The notes below the pieces were generated by a model. It was not told the DNA's origin, searched no databases, and was given only the letters and a program-made list of their open reading frames with translations. The translations under genes and the position numbers were made by a program. From Candidatus Brocadia sp. (GTDB lineage: Bacteria > Planctomycetota > Brocadiia > Brocadiales > Brocadiaceae): a DNA stretch of 32,000 nt. The DNA lies in NCBI GenBank assembly GCA_021650915.1, contig CP091279.1:3030001-3062000 (forward strand), given 5' to 3'. Positions 8,216 through 17,496 of this stretch are shown here, piece by piece. Each line of letters begins with the position of its first letter. The first letter of the stretch is position 1.

Positions 8216-8232
8216 AATTGAAAAGTTATTAT
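8204..8232 (+). promoter_or_regulatory. Sigma70-like promoter candidate for the R-M pair
   Basis: TTGACG (8204-8209), a 17-nt spacer, then TATTAT (8227-8232). It overlaps the 3' end of the SNF2 gene and is followed by an AT-rich leader. Confidence 0.4.
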
Positions 8233-8363
8233 GAAAAATAAGAATATACTGTATTCTGAATCTTAAGCATTTTATATTAATTACAGTATTATTTCTGTAT
8301 AAACAAAATTATATGTAAATCATCACATTTGATGCACACCCAGATTACAGTAAAACGAGATAA

Positions 8364-8954
8364 ATGTCCGTAGACCAGTTGCCTAAATTTATTAAAGAGC
8401 ACTACGAGATTCACGAGTGGCGACATGCCATGGCCATCCTCCGACATGATTTTACGTCAGAGTATGGCGACATTTGTGACGTTTTGACGCGATTTCGCTT
8501 AAGAAAAAGCTGGATTACCATTGGAGGAGGACGTAAGTCAAAGGTCGCCGATTGGATCGATGTAGAACTGCTTCAGAAAGGATGGAAACCAAAGAATTTT
8601 GACACGAAGATTACTGTTGATGAGAAAGTAATGGAGTCACCGACACACGAAGTCGATTGTTTCAAGAACCGGGTTGCTCTTGAAATAGAGTGGAATAACA
8701 AAGATCCATTTTTCGACCGCGATCTAAACAATTTTCGCTTGTTATTTGATCTTCGTGCAATTTCCGTTGGGGTCATAATAACGCGTTGTGATGAGTTGCA
8801 GGAAATTTTTGATAGCCTCGGTCGTGGGGCATCATATGGAGCCTCGACTACACACATGTCTAAACTTCTTCCAAGAATTCAAGGTGGAGGCGGCGCCGGA
8901 TGTCCTCTTCTTGTCTTTGGTATTAGGAGAAATCTTTATGCAGAAGATTGTTAA
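8364..8954 (+). CDS. Type II restriction endonuclease, BglII/BstYI/BamHI-fold family
   Basis: HEVDCFKNRVALEIEWNNKDPFFDRDLNNFRLLF gives D98-x8-E107-x-E109 (nt 8655-8690). This is the same spacing as the BglII D84-x8-E93-x-Q95 catalytic core, followed by the Y/F-P-F-h-x-x-x-h segment and then VGVIITR. A methyltransferase gene is adjacent. Confidence 0.65.
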   Translation: MSVDQLPKFIKEHYEIHEWRHAMAILRHDFTSEYGDICDVLTRFRLRKSWITIGGGRKSKVADWIDVELLQKGWKPKNFDTKITVDEKVMESPTHEVDCFKNRVALEIEWNNKDPFFDRDLNNFRLLFDLRAISVGVIITRCDELQEIFDSLGRGASYGASTTHMSKLLPRIQGGGGAGCPLLVFGIRRNLYAEDC

Positions 8955-9663
8955 TATTGCTCAGCCCACGGCAGCACAGGATTTCATGTCTAAGGTCTGT
9001 GGCCTTTATTCAACCATTCTCGCTGATCCTCCCTGGCGTTTCGAGAACCGTACTGGAAAGATGGCGCCAGAGCACCAGAGACTCCTTCGCTATCCGACAA
9101 TGACCATTGAAGAGATTTGTGAGATCCCGGTATCTCAAGTTGCCGCTGTGAACTCACACCTGTATCTCTGGGTCCCAAATGCCTTGCTCGCCGAAGGCCT
9201 TGAAGTAATGAAACGTTGGGGTTTTACTTACAAAACCAACCTCGTCTGGTATAAGATCAGGAAGGACGGAGGCCCCGACGGCCGTGGTGTTGGATTCTAT
9301 TTCCGAAATGTTACAGAACTCGTATTGTTTGGTATTCGTGGGCATATGAGAACGCTTCAACCGGGGCGGACACAGGTAAACATCATCTCATCCCGGAAGA
9401 GGGAGCATTCACGAAAACCAAATCAGATCTACGATGTTATCGAAAACTGCTCGCCTGGTCCTTACCTGGAGTTGTTCGCCAGATTCAGGCGGGAGGGATG
9501 GGATCAGTGGGGAAACGAGGATGTGGAGAAAAACAGTTTACATGGAGTTGCACGAAGAAAGGGCCATGGTGCCAATCAGATGAGATTGTTCGAACGACCA
9601 GTTCAATATGAGGTTAATAAGGCATCGAATAAATCTTCAGTTAAGAAACGTAAATCGATTTAA
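8938..9663 (+). CDS. MT-A70-family DNA N6-adenine methyltransferase
   Basis: The DPPW catalytic motif is at 9025-9036 (ILADPPWRFENRTGK). YPTMTIEEI, HLYLWV and EHSRKP are typical of MT-A70. AGGAGA at 8925-8930 precedes the ATG at 8938. The gene overlaps the REase gene by 17 nt. Confidence 0.85.
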   Translation: MQKIVNIAQPTAAQDFMSKVCGLYSTILADPPWRFENRTGKMAPEHQRLLRYPTMTIEEICEIPVSQVAAVNSHLYLWVPNALLAEGLEVMKRWGFTYKTNLVWYKIRKDGGPDGRGVGFYFRNVTELVLFGIRGHMRTLQPGRTQVNIISSRKREHSRKPNQIYDVIENCSPGPYLELFARFRREGWDQWGNEDVEKNSLHGVARRKGHGANQMRLFERPVQYEVNKASNKSSVKKRKSI

Positions 9664-9726
9664 GCATTTGGTATAGTTCCATCTCACAGCGCGGATCAAG
9701 TATTAGAGTATCATTCAAAATATCAT

Positions 9727-9749
9727 GGTACAATCTGCAAGATTGTACC
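9727..9749. terminator. 10-bp stem / 3-nt loop hairpin between convergent genes
   Basis: GGTACAATCT-GCA-AGATTGTACC. On the minus strand it is followed by ATGATATTTTG, so it fits better as the terminator of the aminotransferase gene. Confidence 0.5.
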
Positions 9750-9766
9750 GGCCTTGAGAAGGTCTA

Positions 9767-11116
9767 TCACTTCACTTGTCGATAATTCAAGGTTTCTTTT
9801 ATACATTCTTCTAATATCGACAAGGCAACATCCGCGTCGTCTTTCGAAAGTATCAACGGTGGACAAAAGCGGATGGCGCTGCGTCCGCAGCCCAGGAGTA
9901 GTAGCCCCTTTGAAAATGCCTTCTGGACAATAGTATCGCGTTCTTCCGGTGCGTACGCCTTCGTTTCTCTGTCTTTTATCAGTTCAACGGCAAGCATGAG
10001 CCCCAACCCCCTGACGTCACCAATAATCGGATAGGTACGCTCTAATTTCTTTAATTCTTGAATGAGATAAGCGCCCTGTTTTGCCGCATTTTCTATGAGT
10101 CCATTCTCAAGGAGCTTGATGGTGGTAAGCGCCGCTTGACAGCTGACGGGATTCCCACCGAATGTACTTGCATGACTGCCGGGCGCCCAGTTCATGATCT
10201 CTTCCCGTGCAACGGTTGCAGATAAAGGAAGTCCTGATGCTATGCCCTTTGCAAGGGTAATGATATCCGGGATTATGTCAAAATGTTCAGAGGCAAACAT
10301 CTTCCCCGTGCGTCCCATGCCTGATTGCACCTCATCGGCAACATAAAGGATATTATAATCGCGCGTCAACTGATATAACGCCTTATGAAATTCTTTCGGC
10401 GGTACAATATACCCACCCTCCCCCTGAATAATTTCCACAAAAATCGCCGCCACATCATCAGGCGACACCTTTGTCTTGAACAATTCTTCCCGTATCCAGG
10501 TTACACAAGCCATATGGCAGGTATCCGGCGCCAGACCGTAATGACATCGATAACAATATGCGTACGGGATGTGAACAACCTCGGGAATTAAGGGTAAAAA
10601 GTGTTTGCGTTGGTTCAATTTGCTCGCCGTGAGGGAAAGCGCCCCCATGGTCCTGCCATGAAAGGCATTGTAAAAGGCAATGGCTATGGGACGTCTTGTA
10701 TGGTAGCGCGCCAATTTAAAGGCCGCCTCCACAGATTCGGCGCCGGAGTTTCCGAAGAAGGCTTTTTTTGTGTGAGTCCCTGGACAAATTGCAGAAAGCT
10801 TTTCAGCCAATTCGATATGGAGGGGATTATAAAAATCTGCACCCGACATATGAACGAGGGTTTCTGCCTGGCTGTTGATTGCCGAAACGATCTGGTCGTG
10901 GTTGTGCCCGGTATTGCAAACGGCTATGCCTGCGGTAAAATCAAGAAATGTATTATTGTCTACGTCCGTAACCACCATACCTTTTGCGCTTTTTATCACC
11001 AAGGGATAGCCTTTTGTTGAGGATGGTGAGACAAACTTGTTTTCCTTTTCCAGGTACCGGGTTGCATGAGGGCCAGGAAGTTTCGTGCGGATACAGGGAT
11101 AGTTTTTCATTGACAT
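9767..11116 (-). CDS. Class-III PLP-dependent aminotransferase (GABA/acetylornithine aminotransferase-like)
   Basis: 449 aa. It carries GNSGAESVEAA, ADEVQSGMGRTG and the PLP-lysine context DIITLAKGIASG. Confidence 0.85.
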   Translation of the reverse strand: MSMKNYPCIRTKLPGPHATRYLEKENKFVSPSSTKGYPLVIKSAKGMVVTDVDNNTFLDFTAGIAVCNTGHNHDQIVSAINSQAETLVHMSGADFYNPLHIELAEKLSAICPGTHTKKAFFGNSGAESVEAAFKLARYHTRRPIAIAFYNAFHGRTMGALSLTASKLNQRKHFLPLIPEVVHIPYAYCYRCHYGLAPDTCHMACVTWIREELFKTKVSPDDVAAIFVEIIQGEGGYIVPPKEFHKALYQLTRDYNILYVADEVQSGMGRTGKMFASEHFDIIPDIITLAKGIASGLPLSATVAREEIMNWAPGSHASTFGGNPVSCQAALTTIKLLENGLIENAAKQGAYLIQELKKLERTYPIIGDVRGLGLMLAVELIKDRETKAYAPEERDTIVQKAFSKGLLLLGCGRSAIRFCPPLILSKDDADVALSILEECIKETLNYRQVK

Positions 11117-11337
11117 AAAAACCTTTCATTAGAGAATCATTACGATGCCCTCATTTGTTTTTTATCTGCGTGGCGCTTGATATCAATTCACCCAACGTTG
11201 TAAAGAGGGTTTCTACAACTGCTGTTTAAAAGGTTATTCAGGCAATTATAGCCCACTCTGTTTTCTGAGAAGTTGCTGCTATTCCTCATCACCACTGAAG
11301 CCCTCAGGCTTCTTTGTTCTTGTTATTTTCATGGCCA

Positions 11338-11904
11338 TTAGCCCTTCTTCTGGCAATAATATCGGTAGACTAAATCGGCAAATGCCTCCAGTGCATATGG
11401 CCCTTTACCAAGGTCTGAAAGGCATCTTCTGAATTCGCGGATGTTTTTAAAGTTTTCGGACACATACTGGGCTACAAACGTTTCGGCGGAAATAAAATTA
11501 AGCTCCGGGTCTTTATCTTCCGGGCTTTGGTAAATTTTATAAGCCACAATGTCCGTGATCACTTTTAAATTGAAGTCTTTGACGGAGGAAATCATATTCT
11601 TGACGATGTCAAAGCTCAGGAGTTGTTTATCCTGGTAATAATTATACACCGTATCAGCAAACTGATTGATTGTTTTCATTTCCTTGCCAAGCTGGGATAC
11701 ATGGCCTTTAAATGAATCGAAATCCTTAAATTGTTCAGAGACATATTGCGCAACAGCCTCCGCAGCTGCAAGAAAATTTGCCTCCGGTCCCTTGTCTTCT
11801 AAACTTTCATAGATCTTATATGCGATAATGTCGGTGAGAGTTTTCAGTGCGATATCTTCCTTACTGTGGATTTTGCTTTTTATGAACTCTTTATCCATAG
11901 GCAT
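11338..11904 (-). CDS. Hypothetical protein made of two tandem ~80-aa helical repeats
   Basis: The ATG at 11904 is preceded by GAGAGGAGA, so I prefer it over the ORF-track start at 11961. The two halves align with about half of positions identical (details in findings). Confidence 0.6.
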   Translation of the reverse strand: MPMDKEFIKSKIHSKEDIALKTLTDIIAYKIYESLEDKGPEANFLAAAEAVAQYVSEQFKDFDSFKGHVSQLGKEMKTINQFADTVYNYYQDKQLLSFDIVKNMISSVKDFNLKVITDIVAYKIYQSPEDKDPELNFISAETFVAQYVSENFKNIREFRRCLSDLGKGPYALEAFADLVYRYYCQKKG

Positions 11905-11948
11905 TTTTTCTCCTCTCTTACCTCCGAAAAAAATATTTTTCCTGAGAC

Positions 11949-11977
11949 TTGACAAGCGCATATTTTATAAATATATT
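11949..11977 (+). promoter_or_regulatory. Sigma70-like promoter candidate for the TPR gene
   Basis: TTGACA (11949-11954), a 17-nt spacer, then TATATT (11972-11977), about 30 nt upstream of the ATG at 12008. Confidence 0.45.
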
Positions 11978-12007
11978 AGAATAAATCAACAAATATAAGA
12001 AATAATA

Positions 12008-12459
12008 ATGAGTAAACGAATCATGAAAACAGAAACGAAAAATAGATTTCTCAATTCGGTTACCCTTCCGAATTACGATTTTATTCTTACTGCTCCTGAA
12101 TTTAATAAAGATGGAGAGGAATTTACTATTTGGTTTTTTGAGGGTATTCTTGAACGGAATCCAAACCATGTTGATTGCCTCCTCTATCTGGGCAATACGT
12201 ACACCGCACAGGGTATGTATGAAAAAGGGCTTTTGGTGGACCAAAAGTTGTGTCGTCTTAGACCTGATGACCCCATGGTTCATTACAATCTTGCCTGCAG
12301 CTATGCGTTATTGAAGAACGTAAATACCGCTTTTGAAGCGCTGGAAAAGGCAATCATACTAGGGTATAAGGATATATGTCATCTGGAAAACGATAAGGAC
12401 CTGGCTCATCTGCGGGAAGATGCCCGATATCAAAAATTGGTTGAAAAAATAAAATTCAG

Positions 12460-12463
<4 letters not shown>
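12008..12463 (+). CDS. TPR-repeat protein
   Basis: It has TPR-like helical hairpins (LLYLGNTYTAQGMYEKGL..., VHYNLACSYALLKNVNTAFEALEKAI...). Confidence 0.65.
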
Positions 12464-14237
<1,774 letters not shown>

Positions 14238-14295
14238 CTAGCCTGTCTTGTTCTGCATGAAAGAACCCATGATACGAATTTTGGAAAAAGATGTT

Positions 14296-14547
14296 TTATG
14301 CGTTGTGTGCCGCATAAACACTTACCCGGCGCCTTGTTTCAAATTTCACCGTTCCGTCTATCATAGAAAAAAGGGTATCATCCCTGCCAATACCGACATT
14401 TCTTCCTGGTTTGAATTTCGTTCCGCATTGACGCACTATTATGGAGCCAGCGGTTACGAATTGTCCGCCAAATCTTTTTACCCCCCGATTTTGAGGATTA
14501 CTGTCTCTTCCATTTTTTGAGGAACCCTGTCCTTTTTTATGTGCCAT
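14296..14547 (-). CDS. rpmA: 50S ribosomal protein L27
   Basis: [29 protein letters not shown]. Confidence 0.95.
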   Translation of the reverse strand: MAHKKGQGSSKNGRDSNPQNRGVKRFGGQFVTAGSIIVRQCGTKFKPGRNVGIGRDDTLFSMIDGTVKFETRRRVSVYAAHNA

Positions 14548-14682
14548 GTCACTAACCTTCCTTTCGAAAAATCACCATTATGCCGATCTTGCAAGAGAAC
14601 CTGTCTGGCCAGTTGCACATACCTTCAGGTTTTCATTTTTGCTCTTTTCTCTTAAAATTTTCGCATGATGCCTTAACTTCTA

Positions 14683-15000
14683 TCAACAAATAATTTCCTT
14701 AATTTTTATGCGGGTGTATTTTTCCCTGTGCCCTCTTCTGGTTAAGGACTCTTTTCTTCTTCGGAATTTTACGGTCATACACTTTGCGCTCTTTTTTATG
14801 CCCTCGACTTCTGCAATGACCTTTGCATTTGTATTGGTGTCAGCGCCCAAAGTCGCTTTACCTTCTTCATTTGAACAGACTAAAACATTATTAAACTCCA
14901 GGATTTGTCCGGCTTGAGCATCGGCTTTCAAATCGATGAGGCAGCGTTCCCCAACCCTTACCTTATATTGTTTACCCCGGTCTTTTACAATTGCATACAT
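14683..15000 (-). CDS. rplU: 50S ribosomal protein L21
   Basis: MYAIVKDRGKQYKV... and the conserved rplU-rpmA-obg order. Confidence 0.9.
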   Translation of the reverse strand: MYAIVKDRGKQYKVRVGERCLIDLKADAQAGQILEFNNVLVCSNEEGKATLGADTNTNAKVIAEVEGIKKSAKCMTVKFRRRKESLTRRGHREKYTRIKIKEIIC

Positions 15001-15144
15001 TATTTATTTCTCCTTTCTCTTATCCGGAACCCATGATACGTATCACTAAAAAATATCGTAATGAATTAATGTAACATATTTATCTGCATCTGGCAAATCT
15101 TTGCTATTGAATTAGGCCTTCGGCGACTTTTTATTATAAGGTTA

Positions 15145-15212
15145 ACCCACCCCTGAATCCTCTCCCAAGAGGAGGCTTCTTTCGTCCCCTCTTGAGAGGG
15201 GGTTGGGGGTGT
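15145..15212. repeat. Imperfect palindromic (REP-like) intergenic element
   Basis: ACCCACCCCTGAATCCTCTCCCAAGAGG ... CCCCTCTTGAGAGGGGGTTGGGGGTGTGT. The core arms CCTCTCCCAAGAGG and CCTCTTGAGAGG pair with a 2-nt bulge. The element lies between the rng stop and the rplU start. Confidence 0.5.
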
Positions 15213-15254
15213 GTAAGGCAGAAGCAGAAAATTTGAAATTCCTATACGTTGAAC

Positions 15255-16775
15255 TTAGATCACAACCGGTTCGTCTTTCTGGTTTAAATAACGAATATCA
15301 ACTTTGCCGTATTCATGATTTGATGTGCTAAAAATGTGTATCTTTTTATTATAGGACTCTTCAATCTCAATCATCTGCTTTCTCTTTTGATTTTGCAGGT
15401 AATTTGCAACCGCGGGATTCGCGAAAATTTCAATCTTTGAAATTTGTGGTGAATACATGGCAAACTTCAGGTCTCTCATGGCATTTAAACAAAGACTCTC
15501 AACGGTCTTGGCATATCCTGTACCCCGGCAAAACTTACATTCTTCAAAAAGAACGTCCCGAAGGCTTGAACGGATCCGTTGGCGGGTAAGTTCAATAGTG
15601 CCAAATTTCGACATCTTGAGCATCTTGGTTCTTGCTTTGTCTCTTTTCAAAGCGTCCACAATAACCTTCTCAATAGCGCGAATATGCGATTCCGTCCTCA
15701 TGTCAATAAAGTCGATCACGATCATACCGCCCAGGTCTCGCAGTCTGATCTGCCGCGCAATTTCCTTCGCGGCTTTGAGGTTCGTCTTAAAGGCCGTTTC
15801 TTCCGGATCACACTCTTCTTTAAATTTACCACTATTCACATCAATAGCCACCAGCGCTTCGGTCTGTTCAATGACAATCGAGCCGCCACGCGGCAAACGG
15901 ATTTTTTTGCAGTTTATCTCCTCAATCTCCTGCTCAATATTATATTTATGGAATAACGGTTTATCCTCGCTATAACGGGTTAACAGTTTTTCGGATTTCG
16001 GCATAATCATACGAAGAAAATCGCGGGTTCTTTCATAGACGGCTTCGGTATCTACGATGATTTCTTGTATATTTGTTGAAAAAATATCCCGTATAACGCG
16101 GATAACCAGATCGCTTTCCTGATAAATGGTTGCAGGGGCTTTGACGTCTTTTGTCCGTTTCTCTATGTTCTTCCAGAGTTTTAAAAGATAATGAAAGTCC
16201 TTGTGAATCTCTTTTTTTGTCTGCTGCTCACCTGCTGTTCGTATAATAAAACCAATATTTGCAGGGGGATTTAATCCTGCAAGGATTTTTTTCAATCTTA
16301 GCCGTTCTTCATCACTTGCAATTTTCCGGGAGACTCCGTGGCGCGGAACATCAGGCGTAAGAACCAGAAATCTGCCCGGCAGACTGATATACGTTGTCAG
16401 ACTGGGACCTTTGGTGCCAATACTTTCTTTCGTTACCTGCACCAGCACTTCTTTGCCGGGATGCAGAATATCCCGTATTTTACGGAATTCCCGATGGGGT
16501 TTGCCGTGGGCATCAGTGTCAGGCGATTGACTCCCGTTCTCTGAAGGAATGAAAACATCTGATGCGTGGAGAAATCCGTTTTTTTTGAGTCCGATATCTA
16601 CAAACGCCGCTTCAATACTTGGCTCAATATTAACAACTCGTCCTTTATAAATATTTCCTGCAATCTGTTCTCGGGAGCTCCTTTCAATGTAAAGTTCCTC
16701 CAATACATTATTTTCTAAAATCGCAATTCGGCATTCTTCAGGTTCAACGGCGTTAATAAGCATCTTCTTGTCCAT
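15255..16775 (-). CDS. rng: Ribonuclease E/G family (RNase G-like)
   Basis: The S1 domain is GNIYKGRVVNIEPSIEAAFVDIG. The catalytic region is LVAIDVNSGKF. Length is 506 aa. Confidence 0.9.
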   Translation of the reverse strand: MDKKMLINAVEPEECRIAILENNVLEELYIERSSREQIAGNIYKGRVVNIEPSIEAAFVDIGLKKNGFLHASDVFIPSENGSQSPDTDAHGKPHREFRKIRDILHPGKEVLVQVTKESIGTKGPSLTTYISLPGRFLVLTPDVPRHGVSRKIASDEERLRLKKILAGLNPPANIGFIIRTAGEQQTKKEIHKDFHYLLKLWKNIEKRTKDVKAPATIYQESDLVIRVIRDIFSTNIQEIIVDTEAVYERTRDFLRMIMPKSEKLLTRYSEDKPLFHKYNIEQEIEEINCKKIRLPRGGSIVIEQTEALVAIDVNSGKFKEECDPEETAFKTNLKAAKEIARQIRLRDLGGMIVIDFIDMRTESHIRAIEKVIVDALKRDKARTKMLKMSKFGTIELTRQRIRSSLRDVLFEECKFCRGTGYAKTVESLCLNAMRDLKFAMYSPQISKIEIFANPAVANYLQNQKRKQMIEIEESYNKKIHIFSTSNHEYGKVDIRYLNQKDEPVVI

Positions 16776-16788
16776 GTTTTTCCCTCAG

Positions 16789-17418
16789 TTATGCAGAAGA
16801 AGTCAAATTAATTTTTGTTCTGGTAATTTCAAAGATCGCTTTTTTCCCGTTCCCCAGTAAGGCACAAATCACTTCTTCTGGCTTTGCCATGCCTTCGTTT
16901 TCTACCTTTATTGAGAGAACTAAACGGTCAGGTTGTACCATAATCTCCTGAACAGAGGGTCGAATATCAAAGGGCTTCTGGCGCCCGTTTTTCTCACGGT
17001 TTACAACAAGCGACGGTTGTTGCAAAAACTCGTCAACCTTTACCGTATTTAAAAACCCAGGATCTTTAAAAACTACTTCATAGAGCACATCACGAACCGA
17101 GCTCTTCTCTGCGTCTGATACGACTTCTCCAGAATGAATATGAATCTCTTTTGGCAATTGAAGACTTAAACGTTCGATTATATTTTCAGGCGGCATTGAC
17201 TCGATCAGCACTAGTTCCAAAACTTCATCTTTACCGGGTATTCCAACACCCAAAGCAAGCGGAATGGATAATTTCGGGTGTGGATTGAAACCTTTGGACA
17301 TCGCGATAGGAATGTTTGCCCTTCTAATTGCCCTCTCAAAAAGCTTCATTAAATCGTGATGAGAGATAAAGCGAATATCGCCTGCCTTACTGAATCGAAT
17401 ACGTATTTTTGATTTAAT
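16789..17418 (-). CDS. TIGR03936/DUF2344-type radical-SAM-linked protein
   Basis: FNPHPKLSIPLALGVG is present. The family's conserved N-terminus (IRIRFSKAGDIRFISHHDLMKLFERA) continues in frame upstream of the first ATG (17349), up to a stop at 17422-17424. The end at 17418 assumes an ATT start, and 17349 is the conservative alternative. The gene ends 13 nt upstream of rng. Confidence 0.6.
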   Translation of the reverse strand: MKSKIRIRFSKAGDIRFISHHDLMKLFERAIRRANIPIAMSKGFNPHPKLSIPLALGVGIPGKDEVLELVLIESMPPENIIERLSLQLPKEIHIHSGEVVSDAEKSSVRDVLYEVVFKDPGFLNTVKVDEFLQQPSLVVNREKNGRQKPFDIRPSVQEIMVQPDRLVLSIKVENEGMAKPEEVICALLGNGKKAIFEITRTKINLTSSA

Positions 17419-17496
17419 GAGTTACCCTTATAAAAAACTTCAACTATAATAAACTAAAAGAGTTATGGAGAATTCTAATAAGGCTGTATACCCGTG

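Noticed and set aside
8246-8289. LexA/SOS-box reading of CTGT...ACAG in the R-M leader
   Set aside because: The E. coli-type SOS box is CTGT-N8-ACAG, whereas here the half-sites are 28 nt apart. I kept it only as a generic inverted repeat.
8788-8937. Upstream extension of the methyltransferase ORF
   Set aside because: It overlaps the REase coding frame for 150 nt. The ATG at 8938 has an AGGAGA SD, and the MT-A70 homology starts after it.
10385-11020. Plus-strand ORFs inside the aminotransferase gene; similar antisense ORFs lie inside rng (15457-15975), ptsI (17894-18223, 19175-19528), glmS (26294-27277), lpxD (27811-28185), fabF (29579-29905) and ptsN (19569-19907)
   Set aside because: All are antisense to genes with unambiguous family signatures, and none has a recognisable motif or RBS.
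11298-11313. GAAGCC-CTCA-GGCTTC hairpin followed by a T-rich run, as a possible terminator
   Set aside because: The T-run is on the plus strand, but both flanking genes are on the minus strand. The stem is only 6 bp.
11918-12283. 121-aa minus-strand ORF overlapping the TPR gene and the divergent promoter region
   Set aside because: Its translation is AT-rich and low-complexity. It overlaps a TPR ORF with clear repeat structure and a predicted promoter.
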